A stretch of 64,000 bases of DNA from contig OZ252243.1 in the NCBI GenBank assembly GCA_965249555.1, forward strand, positions 288,001-352,000, given 5' to 3'. The translations under genes and the position numbers were made by a program. Position 1 is the stretch's first letter; each line of letters begins with the position of its first letter. This document shows, piece by piece, positions 10,521 through 20,183 of this stretch. A model generated the notes under the pieces. The model was not told where the DNA came from and ran no database searches. It was given only the letters and a program-made list of their open reading frames with translations. This DNA comes from Nitrosopumilus sp. GTDB lineage: Archaea > Thermoproteota > Nitrososphaeria > Nitrososphaerales > Nitrosopumilaceae.

Positions 10521-10743
10521 AGAAAAAAGCAGATCTTGTAACTATGGACATAGATATGCCAGAAATGAATGGACTTGATGCTTCAAGACAAATCAAATTA
10601 TTGGATTCCAAAGCAAAGATAGTGATGGTAACATCTTCAGATAGACCAGAATAGAAGCAGAGAAAATTGGCGTAATGGGATGGATCGGAAAACCATTTAA
10701 CCGTGACGAGATAAAAAAAGCAATTGCAGATCTTTCAAAATAA
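10505..10743 (+). pseudogene. CheY-like response regulator remnant (5'-truncated, frameshifted)
   Basis: ADLVTMDIDMPEMNGLDA..IVMVTS, then AEKIGVMGWIGKPF after a break. Confidence 0.8.
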
Positions 10744-10982
10744 TAAACAGTTTTAACTATAATTTTTTTTCTTTGACATTAGTTATTTTCATACTCTTGT
10801 CTGATTAATTCAAGAGTGTTAGGATCTAATTTCTCAAAATACTTTTTTAATTCTTCTTCATTTAATTCTTCATCATGAAATAACATTCTATTTTAAAATT
10901 ATAACTTCAATATTCATTGTTAGCAGATAACAAACATGTACTAAATGCTCAAAATCTAACGATTTTAGTAAAGAAAAGTTTC

Positions 10983-11477
10983 ATGAAAAAACTAAAATCA
11001 GACAAATTAGGCACAATAGTCCTGATTGAAGAAAAACTAGAGTCATTAGGAATAAAACTTCCAAATCCCCCAACGCCAGCAGGATCATATGTTCCTGTAG
11101 TAAGGACTGGAAATTTACTCTACATTTCAGGACAAATCCCCATGGAAGATGGCAAAGTGATCTTTACTGGAAAAGTTTCAGATAATAACTTGGAAATTGC
11201 CCAAAAATCTGCAAGAATGTGTGCAATTAACATTCTAGCACAAATCAAAAGACAAGTTGGAGATTTGGATAAAGTTTCCAAAATAGTTAGATTGTCAGGA
11301 TTTGTAAATTCTGTTTCAGAGTTTTCACAACAACCCAAAGTCATCAATCCAGCTTCAGATTTATTTTTTGAAATATTTGGTGAGAAAGGAAAGCACTCCA
11401 GAATTGCAGTTGGAGTGTCTAGTTTACCATTAGACTCTATGACAGAAATTGATGCAATCGTTGAAATTTCAGAATAA
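10983..11477 (+). CDS. RidA/YjgF family protein
   Basis: LGIKLP..PAGSYVP..LYISGQIP..GKHSRIAVGV; start uncertain (ATG 10983 or CTG 11022). Confidence 0.9.
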   Translation: MKKLKSDKLGTIVLIEEKLESLGIKLPNPPTPAGSYVPVVRTGNLLYISGQIPMEDGKVIFTGKVSDNNLEIAQKSARMCAINILAQIKRQVGDLDKVSKIVRLSGFVNSVSEFSQQPKVINPASDLFFEIFGEKGKHSRIAVGVSSLPLDSMTEIDAIVEISE

Positions 11478-11520
11478 GATTTGGAAATTGTCTTAAATAG
11501 ATTTTTTGACTACAGTGTTC

Positions 11521-11718
11521 ATGGTTCAGATGTGCCGTGGATTGTGTGAGCGTCTAAAATCAACTTCATTTACAAACAATCTACGTTACAAAATTGGTCA
11601 AAAATGGTGTTCATTGTGTGCATTGTTTTTCTTTACTGAAGAAAACTCATGTCCGTGCTGTAAAACCAGATTAAGAACAAGGGCAAGGAGTAAAAAAGAT
11701 GACTTGCCAAGAATGTAA
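11521..11718 (+). CDS. Small Cys-rich (zinc-finger-like) protein
   Basis: CRGLC..KWCSLC..CPCCKTRLR pattern. Confidence 0.7.
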   Translation: MVQMCRGLCERLKSTSFTNNLRYKIGQKWCSLCALFFFTEENSCPCCKTRLRTRARSKKDDLPRM

Positions 11719-11880
11719 TCATGAAAAAGGAAAATGTCAGTGTTTTTGTTGTTGTTCAATATCACAGATAGGATGTATTTACTGTGTTCTTCCAGTTTTA
11801 GGATATAGGCAGGTTAAGAAAATTAGTAGAAAAATGAGAGATAGAAATAAACCTAAATGATTTAAAAAGTACAACAGCAC

Positions 11881-12249
11881 ATGTACAATTTAGAAGAGAT
11901 AGAATCAGAAAAATGTATTTCACTTGAAACATATAGAAAAAATAATCAACCAGTGAGAACCCCTGTTTGGTTTGTAGTTAAAGATGATTTGGTTTATGTT
12001 GTCACTCGAGATCAAACGGGTAAAGTGAAACGTCTTAGAAATAATCAACAAGTAAAATTTGCAACATGTAATTTCAAAGGAAAAGTTAAAGGTCAATGGA
12101 TATCAGGAACTGCTAAAATTTTAACAGAAGACGAAACCATAGAGATGGTAAAATTGAGAGACAGAAAGTATGGATTTATGGCTAAAATTGCCAAATTTCT
12201 AAGCAAAGGCAAAGGCGAGCTTTTAGCATTCTCAATTAAAACAGACTAA
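11881..12249 (+). CDS. PPOX-class F420-dependent oxidoreductase
   Basis: ISLETYRKN..VRTPVWF..GKVKRLRNN signature. Confidence 0.85.
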   Translation: MYNLEEIESEKCISLETYRKNNQPVRTPVWFVVKDDLVYVVTRDQTGKVKRLRNNQQVKFATCNFKGKVKGQWISGTAKILTEDETIEMVKLRDRKYGFMAKIAKFLSKGKGELLAFSIKTD

Positions 12250-12592
12250 CAGTTGATATTCTTAGAGATCCATAACAATTAACTCTGTCTAAACTTTCAT
12301 AATCCTATACAAAAATAAATCATAATTCATAATCTGTAGTTGGATTACGCAAAAAGTAACTGACATATTTTATTGATATGTAATTAAAAGAAAAATTACA
12401 GAGTACGAATTACCTTGGTTGACTGTATCAAACTAGCAAATAACACACAACATACATTTCATCCAGCAATTCATGACTTGATTAAATGTTATAGTTTCAA
12501 GCATGGGACTAGAGAACATTATGATGATCTATTAAATCTGACTCGTAAACTTGATGATTTCATCAAAGTACCATAATCTAGGTTAAAACAGA

Positions 12593-13071
12593 TTAAACAA
12601 TTTTTTGTAACTTTATCTCTCGCTTTAGTTTGAAAGCAGTCAATCCTGCAAATCCAAAAATTATTCCTAATCCCACATAAGCCAAAACTTGACTATACTC
12701 AATTAGTACTGCAGACACACCAGTTCCAACAACACTTGGAAGTAAAGATAATGCATACAACCACCAGCCACAACAACCAAGAGGCACCAGAGAGAAAAAT
12801 GAGAAAAAGGATGTAGTAACAACACTCCCTGAACTTCCTCCTAATGCTTTTTTCTTTACTTCAAGTTTGCATCCTAACAATTTACTTTTCTCAGATAAGA
12901 AACTTGCAAACCAATTCCTGTTCCCATTCCAATTATCACTATAGAGTTTAGTTGGAATGCAGCACTAATTGCAGCTAGTGGTTCTAATGCAGGGGTTGTA
13001 ATTACAACTACTGAAAGATACACAACTATTGTAATAATTCCAACAAGGATTGCTTTTTGAATTGGTTTCAT
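12593..13071 (-). pseudogene. Membrane protein split by a frameshift near 12900
   Basis: Two hydrophobic ORFs (12874-13071 and 12593-12880) join if one base is added in the T-run; contains a GCCGWW motif. Confidence 0.65.
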
Positions 13072-14179
13072 CTATTCATCACCATAAACTAGAGTTTGGG
13101 GATGAAATGCAATCCATTCAAACCAAAATCCGGGCTCAATTGACATCCTGTCTAATTGTTCTCCTTCATACTCGCCAGATATTGATAATCCATCATAGTT
13201 CCATTCAGAGTTTGTCTGAGAATCAAAAATTTTTCCATCCACATATTCAAAATCCAATACCACACCATTAACGGTTCTCTCAAAAGCACGAGAGTTTTCA
13301 GAATACAATGAAATCAACATTACAGAAGTGCCTCCAATAGAGTCATTGATAATAACATTTGATTCAATGTCATTTTGTTTGTATGCTTTGTAGATGTTAT
13401 TTTGATTAAATCCGATGATTATTTCTTTGGTATGCATTCTGTCATCACTATGCTCTACTGGGAACATTATTCTGGGTTCTGTGTAATAATTACCATAAGG
13501 ATCAGTGGCATACGAACGAATGTAACCAGTATCAGTTGTTAATACCAGTGTCAGGATGAAGTTTCTTCCAATCGCCCCAAGTAATAACATCAAAAGGAAT
13601 CAAATTCAGTTGATATCCAGTTAGTGTACCTTTAACTGCCATTCCAAGTGCTTGACTCCAATAAGATTCAGTAAATCTATCATACATCAATAAATTACTG
13701 TTGTATAATTTACCCGAAGTTCCAAATTCTACTTCTTGTCCATCAATAACTCGCTCAAAAACTTGATTTGTGTAACATAGCGGGCAGTAAGTAACAGATA
13801 CAGGAGTTCCACCAACTTTATCATTAACTATTTCATGCCAAACCAAAATAAAGATAGGATAAGCTTTTGCCTCCCCATTAATCTCCAGTCCAACAACAGT
13901 ATCAGAATCAGACATAAATTGAGAACCTGAAATATCAGCAAATACAGGATTATCAATTGATGGGATTCCATCTTTTGGAGGACCGCCACCTCTTATCTTA
14001 TCAAGTGGAATACTATGTTTTACACCATTTGTCTCCATTATACTAAAAACAGAAGATTTTGAATCATCTCCAGTTGAAACAGGAGTAACAACAGTAATTT
14101 CAGTAGATGCAACCTGAAATGAAACAGCCAAGACTACAAGTGCAATACCAATTACAGACGCAAGAATCTTTAGATTCAA
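13072..14179 (-). pseudogene. DUF3179-family secreted protein split by a frameshift near 13547
   Basis: GGPPKDGIPSID, HEIVND, TYCPLC, GTSGKLYNSNLLMYD and FWFEW..FHP motifs; HPDT|VLTTDTG broken across frames. Confidence 0.85.
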
Positions 14180-14274
14180 TTTTAAATAATTTTGGGTTGT
14201 AAAATATTAAAAAATTACTCCAACTATTTTGGATTTGGGTGAATCCTTTTAATAAGTTTCAAAAATGTCTATCC

Positions 14275-14683
14275 ATGAATACAGAAGCAACTCTAAAGGG
14301 AGATGTATTACATGATATTACTCACTGGGGAATCAGAGCATCAATTGGAGCAATATTCATAGTTTGAAGAAATTTGATCCTAGTTGGCAAGAATGGTGGG
14401 TCACTATTGGGATTCCACCTGAAATGCAATTGCATTAGCAGAATTCATTGGAGGAGTATGTCTAGTTGTAGGAGTATTGAGAAGAGTAACAGGTTCTATA
14501 TTTGCAGTGATTTTACTTGGTGCAATATTTCACATTAGATGGGAAAATGGATTTTTTGTTTCTCAAGGAGGATGGGAATGGGATTTGGTAATGTTAACCG
14601 CAGTTCTTGCAATTATTGCTGCAGGTCCAGGAAGAATATCAATTTCACATATAGCAAAAAAAATCCCTAGATTTTTACAGTGA
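14275..14683 (+). pseudogene. DoxX family membrane protein, frameshifted
   Basis: MNTEATLKGDVLHDITHWGIRASIGAIFIV, then frame breaks; C-terminal GWEWDL..AGPGRIS. Confidence 0.8.
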
Positions 14684-15769
14684 TTATTTAATTTTTTTAT
14701 TTAATTCTGTAATGAATTTTTTTATTTTTGGTTTTGGAATAACACATCCACATGCCTTATCATGTCCACCACCAGAACCTCCAAGGTCAGTTGCCAAAAT
14801 ATTAACAATCTTACCCAAGTGAACTTTGCAATTTTTTGAACCTCGAACTGAAACAGCATAGATACCATGATCAACTCTTTCTTTGTATGCAACACCTACA
14901 TCTTTGCCAGATAATCCCATCACAAAATTAACAGCACCACTTGCGCCAGCATCTAGAATTTCCATATATCCAAGATTTTTCATAGTTTTCATTCCTTGTT
15001 TTACTTTGGCAATCATACGAGAGAGTTTTTCGACTTGGATTTGGGCAAACTCAAAAGTATTTGGAATATCATGTGGAAATTTAGAGTCTGCCAATTCCTC
15101 AACTAAATACAACAAATAATCTGGTTCTTTTTGATGCCCAACAATATTGTAGGTAAGTACTGTAGCACTAATTAGTGCAAATTGTCTATCATAAATTTGA
15201 AGTAATTTTGAACCAATTGGTCTATCTTCCATATAATCAGTAATGGCTGCACATGTTGCAACAAAAGAAGCATGATCATTGAGCTTGGATTTGAATGCAG
15301 TATAAACCTGAACAGCAGTGCATTCATGGATATCATGAATAACTTTGACTTTGATTTTCTTTAATGATTTTAGAACAACAGGATCAATGTCATGATGATC
15401 AATGTAAGTAACTGCAATTTTATTTTTTCTAAGAGTAGTCATAATGTCTACAAATTCATCTTGTGTTTTTTTGCTTAATCCCAGATCACAGATGTACAAA
15501 GATTTTAGTTTTTTATCTAAAACCACTTGCTGCAGCGCTTCCATTTGGCCAGGATAATCAACAAGAATTGCATCCCCGCCAAAGGCTTGTCTAATTAATG
15601 CAGCAGAACTAATTCCATCAGCATCCTCCTTGTGAGAAATACAAATAACTTTTGTTCGTTGTTTCTTTACAGTTTTTTTAGCTGTAGGTTTTTTGGTGCT
15701 AGATTTTTTAGTTGTAGACTCTTTCACAGTTTTTTTACTTTTAGATTTCTCAGTTTTAGAAACTGCCAT
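14684..15769 (-). CDS. DHH/DHHA1 family phosphoesterase
   Basis: HKEDADG, ICDLG, IDHH and GGSGGGHDKACG motifs. Confidence 0.9.
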   Translation of the reverse strand: MAVSKTEKSKSKKTVKESTTKKSSTKKPTAKKTVKKQRTKVICISHKEDADGISSAALIRQAFGGDAILVDYPGQMEALQQVVLDKKLKSLYICDLGLSKKTQDEFVDIMTTLRKNKIAVTYIDHHDIDPVVLKSLKKIKVKVIHDIHECTAVQVYTAFKSKLNDHASFVATCAAITDYMEDRPIGSKLLQIYDRQFALISATVLTYNIVGHQKEPDYLLYLVEELADSKFPHDIPNTFEFAQIQVEKLSRMIAKVKQGMKTMKNLGYMEILDAGASGAVNFVMGLSGKDVGVAYKERVDHGIYAVSVRGSKNCKVHLGKIVNILATDLGGSGGGHDKACGCVIPKPKIKKFITELNKKIK

Positions 15770-15813
15770 TACGATTGGAAAATTACGCCCTCATTTAAAT
15801 GAAGAATGAAAAA

Positions 15814-16029
15814 TTAAGATTTTCTAAAAGACTTTTTGATGCTTTGGTTAATCAAAGAACTAGAATCAAGATAAACATCATAAAATGATAACCCTTCCAT
15901 CTGAGTTTGATGATCAATTTCTTGAATTTTTTTTAGTTCTTCTGTGGATGCATCAAGTACCAAATCATCTAATTTTTGCAAGTGTTTACGCTCGGCTGGA
16001 GACATTAATTTTTGATTAAAAATTTTCAT
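15814..16029 (-). CDS. Hypothetical protein
   Basis: 71-aa ATG ORF with plausible composition. Confidence 0.6.
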   Translation of the reverse strand: MKIFNQKLMSPAERKHLQKLDDLVLDASTEELKKIQEIDHQTQMEGLSFYDVYLDSSSLINQSIKKSFRKS

Positions 16030-16315
16030 TTATGACCAAAAGTTGGCAATTTAGACTAATTGAGTAGCAAAATGTCAGTAGTTATAGTTACAACATTGTC
16101 TGCTTGAAACGATCAAACAGCTATAAAATAATGAACAGTGGTTAAATAACTCAATGATTGGTGGGTATCATTGTTTTTCATATGCACTTCTCCATTATAT
16201 CACCCACCAGATCAAATTTGAATATTAGTAAAATCAAGTCATAACTTACTACAAATGGTGTTTGTGTACACTATTTTGGCGAAAATATAATAGAAGATTT
16301 TTTGATATGCTAAAT

Positions 16316-17479
16316 ATGGAAACTAAAAACATTGGCTTGCGTGGAATTGAGATTGCAGATACCAAAATCTCAAATATAGACGGAGAGCAAGGCAAGCTCA
16401 TTTATCGAGGATATGACATTTTAGATCTTGCAAAAAATTCAACCTTTGAGGAGACAGCATATTTGCTGCTTTATGATAGTCTACCAAACAAACATCAACT
16501 AAATGAATTCAATGCAAAACTGATTGATGCTAGAACCATTCCAAAACAAATGCAAAAGAACATGGGGAATTGGAGAAAAGATGCAGATCCTATGGATATG
16601 CTTCAAGCATTTGTTGCTGCACTTGCAGGATATTTTGATGAGGAATTTTCAAATAAAGATGCTAGCTATGATAGAGCCATCAATCTAGTTGCAAAAGTTC
16701 CCACAATCATTGCAAGTTGGCAGAGAATTAGAAATGGGTTAGAGATTATAGAACCTGATCCTTCTCTAAGTCATGCTGCAAATTTTCTATACATGATGTC
16801 TGGTAAAAAACCAGATCCTAAAGTTAAGAAAATCTTTGATGTATGTTTAATTCTTCATGCTGACCATACTTTCAATGCATCTACATTTACAGCAAGACAA
16901 GTTGCATCAACAAGAGCACACATGTATTCAGCAACTAGTGCTGCAATTGGTGCATTAAGTGGTGAATTACATGGAGGGGCAAATACAGAAGTTATGAAAA
17001 TGTTAGTAGAGATTGGAGAAATAGAAAAGGTTCAACCATGGATTAAAGAAAAAATGGGCGATGGAGATAGAATTATGGGAATGGGTCATGCAGTTTATAG
17101 AACATACGATCCACGAGCACAGGTTCTAAAAGAATTATCAAGAAAACTTGCAGAAGAAACCAAAGAGATATGGTTTGCTTTAACAGAAAAAGTGGAAACA
17201 GTAACTATTTCTGAGATGAGATTACAGAAAGATAGAGACATTTATCCAAATGTAGATTTGTACAGCGCATCAATTTACTATATGTTAAAAATTCCAGTAG
17301 ACCTCAATACACCAATTTTTGCAATTTCAAGAGTTGTTGGATGGGCAGCCCACATCATTGAAGAAAAATTTGCAGAAGCAGCACCAAAACCAGCACTGTA
17401 TAGACCAAAAGCAGCCTATGTTGGGAAATATTGTGGCCCAGAAGGGTGTGAATATAAAACTCTAGATTTGAGAAAATAA
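16316..17479 (+). CDS. gltA: Citrate synthase
   Basis: GLRGI..GKLIYRGY, HADHTFNAST, LHGGAN, MGMGHAVY and YPNVD motifs. Confidence 0.96.
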   Translation: METKNIGLRGIEIADTKISNIDGEQGKLIYRGYDILDLAKNSTFEETAYLLLYDSLPNKHQLNEFNAKLIDARTIPKQMQKNMGNWRKDADPMDMLQAFVAALAGYFDEEFSNKDASYDRAINLVAKVPTIIASWQRIRNGLEIIEPDPSLSHAANFLYMMSGKKPDPKVKKIFDVCLILHADHTFNASTFTARQVASTRAHMYSATSAAIGALSGELHGGANTEVMKMLVEIGEIEKVQPWIKEKMGDGDRIMGMGHAVYRTYDPRAQVLKELSRKLAEETKEIWFALTEKVETVTISEMRLQKDRDIYPNVDLYSASIYYMLKIPVDLNTPIFAISRVVGWAAHIIEEKFAEAAPKPALYRPKAAYVGKYCGPEGCEYKTLDLRK

Positions 17480-17482
17480 TTT

Positions 17483-17689
17483 TTAATTTCTTGTACTAAG
17501 CCACTCTTTTGCTTTAGAGTTCACATCGTGTTTGTACAGCACTTCAAAAACCATATCATAAAATGTAATGCCTTTTTTCTGTGCCTGATCATCGAGCCAC
17601 TTTATTCCATCTGCTAATTCAGGATCATACTCAGAAAATTCAACTAGCTCATCTACCATCTTTGAGAAGAATGTGTGAGATTCAAGCAT
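17483..17689 (-). CDS. Conserved small hypothetical protein
   Basis: MLESHTFFSKMVDELVEFSEYDPELADGIKWLD ORF. Confidence 0.65.
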   Translation of the reverse strand: MLESHTFFSKMVDELVEFSEYDPELADGIKWLDDQAQKKGITFYDMVFEVLYKHDVNSKAKEWLSTRN

Positions 17690-17789
17690 GAATACACCTT
17701 TCAATCTATGATCATAAATAGCGTATTCACAATATATTGACAAAAAAGGTAAATTTTTCGGGACTGTAGACTAGTTTTGATCTAATAGA

Positions 17790-18232
17790 TCACAACTATA
17801 GAAAAGTTTGCAGAAATAATCGTTCAAAATTCATATCTTTATCAGTAGAAACTAAAAGAATATCGTCGTCTATTGGAAAACTTGTAACTAAGACATTCTC
17901 TTGCAGTGGATTAATGCGTGATGATAAAGATATTCATGAATATTGAAAAACTTGTAACTAAGACATTCTCTTGCAGTGACATTGAAAATTTAACCTTATC
18001 CAGTTCTTCATCAAATTCACGTCGCATTTGTACGCGGAGTGCAAGATCCATAAATAACATCTCTTCTTTTTTCACTACCTTCAAGAGATGCTTTACTTAA
18101 TTTCATCCCCCTAGCAATTAGTCGTCCTCTGTCATTTATGATACCTGTAAATCTTACCTCTTTTTCCTCTAGTATCTGTTCACAAATGGATTCATAATGA
18201 TTTTGATCTTGTGAAACTTGAAATGTTGACAT
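17790..18232 (-). pseudogene. Thaumarchaeal roadblock/DUF6659-like protein, disrupted
   Basis: CEQIL..VRFTGIINDRGRLIA..G, then EMLFMDLALRVQMRREFDEEL..V in another frame; contains an internal duplication. Confidence 0.65.
17871..17978. repeat. 38-bp direct repeat with a 32-bp insert
   Basis: TATTG(G/A)AAAACTTGTAACTAAGACATTCTCTTGCAGTG at 17871-17908 and 17941-17978. Confidence 0.9.
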
Positions 18233-18761
18233 GTAATAAAATTAGAATTTATCTCGATAACATTATGTTTTCAGTATTTGAACAAGCTGGAAAACAATAT
18301 TCTTTAAAAAATTAGTTTCATATTTTGAATATTTCAATCCATTTGTCCTATCACCACAATTTTTGCAATGAGTATCTATTTTGATATAATCATATTTGTA
18401 AGTTTTAATATATTGTACTATCAATGCAAAAGAGCTTAAGACCAAAAACTGGTAGTTACTTGGTGACAGCTCATTTGTGATGCCAATAGTAGTACGCACC
18501 AGATTCATAAAAGAAGGAACTGTTCAACATCATTGACAACACTTTATGTTCGATTAGAGCGATCATGTGAAATTTTCAATGGATTTCTGAAATTTTTGCA
18601 AATATTTGAAAAATATTGAAAAACAGAGGTTTTAGAAATTAAATCGACACCAAAAAAACAAGGAACCAGTTAATAAAATTCTAAATGTTTGTAAAATCGA
18701 AATTATCAACGTAATTGTAACGATTAGATTTATTTAGCATGTAGAAAGTCATGGATCAATT

Positions 18762-20162
18762 ATGGCAGGTATAGACAAAGCTGCAATTGGATTTACAATG
18801 GCAATTGTAGCTATAGCGTTAGGATTTACAGCCTCAGGAGGCGCAATCCAAGATGCCGGTCCTACTGTCTCCGCTCCAATGGTTTCACCTGAAACTTTAG
18901 AGTCAGAAGCATCATCAGGTTTTGGTGCAGATTTGGCTGCAGAAATTAGGGAGAAAGCAGGAAACCCATTAAAATCAGGTTGGGATAGAGCCACATCTAT
19001 GGTAGACCCAGGTGTTGGACATGAATCACACCAACTTGCAATACTTTTGGCACCAAGTGACAAAGTATATTCAGGTACACTCAATTATGATGCATCTGAA
19101 AATATTCAACTAGTTACATTACATGGTCCATTAGCAGATGGTGAAGACAAAGGACAAGCAATTTGGACTCCAGACGGTGAAACAAAGTTTGCATTAACAT
19201 TTGTTGATCCAAATAACGCAAAAGGCGAATGGCAATTTGCCGGAAATGCTTTAGCAGTACATACAATGAATACTGAACCATTCACAGTTGATTACAAAAT
19301 AGACTATATGAAAAAACCAATGTCTGATACTGTAATGACTGGTACAACCATGTCAATGTTAGATCCAGGTATGGGTCATGAATCACATCAACTTGCAATA
19401 CTACTTGCACCATCAAGTGATGTATATTCAGGAATTCTCTCATACTCTGCTTCTGAAAATATTCAACTAGTTACACTTCGAGGACCAGTAGGTGCTGATG
19501 AAAAACCAGCAAAGACTTGGACTCCAGACGGTGAAACTATCTTTGAATTGACATTTGTTGATCCAGATAATGCAATGGGTTCATGGGAATTCTCAGGTAA
19601 TGCTTTAGCTGTTCACACAATACACACAAACCAATTTACTGTCAGTTATTCTGTAAGTGCAACTGCAGAAGAAACTGTAGAACTTGAAGAGGAAGTCATG
19701 ATGGAAGAAACCATGATGGAAGAAACCATGATGGAAGAAACTATGATGGAAGAAACTATGATGGAAGAAACCATGATGGAAGAAACTATGATGGAAGAAA
19801 CTATGATGGAAGAAACTATGATGGAAGAAACTATGATGGAAGAAACTATGATGGAAGAACCAACAACAATCCATGTTGAAATTCCAATAGGAACTTCAGT
19901 TCCAGGATGTGAGGAAACTAATTCATGCTTCACACCAGCAGATATCTCAATTAATGCTGGAGATACAGTACATTGGATGAATGTAGACACAGCCGCACAT
20001 ACAGTAACTGGCGGAAGCCCAGCTGATGGTCCATCAGGCGTATTTGATAGCAGTCTAGTCATGGCTGATGCAACTTACGAATTCACCTTTGATGAGGCAG
20101 GAAGTTACGATTACTTCTGCATGGTTCATCCATGGATGCTTGGCAGTGTTACAGTGAACTAA
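18762..20162 (+). CDS. Membrane-anchored or secreted blue-copper (cupredoxin) protein with a duplicated N-domain and Met-rich linker
   Basis: N-terminal hydrophobic helix, two DPGxGHESHQLAILL domains, C-terminal HTVT..YFCMVHPWM type-1 Cu site. Confidence 0.9.
   Translation: MAGIDKAAIGFTMAIVAIALGFTASGGAIQDAGPTVSAPMVSPETLESEASSGFGADLAAEIREKAGNPLKSGWDRATSMVDPGVGHESHQLAILLAPSDKVYSGTLNYDASENIQLVTLHGPLADGEDKGQAIWTPDGETKFALTFVDPNNAKGEWQFAGNALAVHTMNTEPFTVDYKIDYMKKPMSDTVMTGTTMSMLDPGMGHESHQLAILLAPSSDVYSGILSYSASENIQLVTLRGPVGADEKPAKTWTPDGETIFELTFVDPDNAMGSWEFSGNALAVHTIHTNQFTVSYSVSATAEETVELEEEVMMEETMMEETMMEETMMEETMMEETMMEETMMEETMMEETMMEETMMEETMMEEPTTIHVEIPIGTSVPGCEETNSCFTPADISINAGDTVHWMNVDTAAHTVTGGSPADGPSGVFDSSLVMADATYEFTFDEAGSYDYFCMVHPWMLGSVTVN
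19698..19862 (+). repeat. 15-bp tandem repeat, 11 units (10 MMEET plus MMEEP)
   Basis: ATGATGGAAGAAAC(C/T) repeated. Confidence 0.98.
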
Positions 20163-20183
20163 CCAAAACTTTTTCCTTTTTTC

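Noticed and set aside
10336-10654. Apparent overlapping antisense gene pair
   Set aside because: Each ORF is homologous only on its own side of the junction near 10510; the overlap is read-through across a deletion scar
13532-13593. Programmed frameshift in the DUF3179 gene
   Set aside because: No slippery heptamer or stimulatory structure seen, and the neighbouring genes are also broken, which favours decay
17871-17978. Repeat-spacer-repeat with CRISPR-like sizes (38/32/38 bp)
   Set aside because: Only two copies, the repeat is coding sequence of the surrounding pseudogene, it is not palindromic, and no cas genes are present
19605-20062. Minus-strand ORFs with FFHHS and VSSII repeats
   Set aside because: Antisense shadows of the MMEET repeat in the cupredoxin gene
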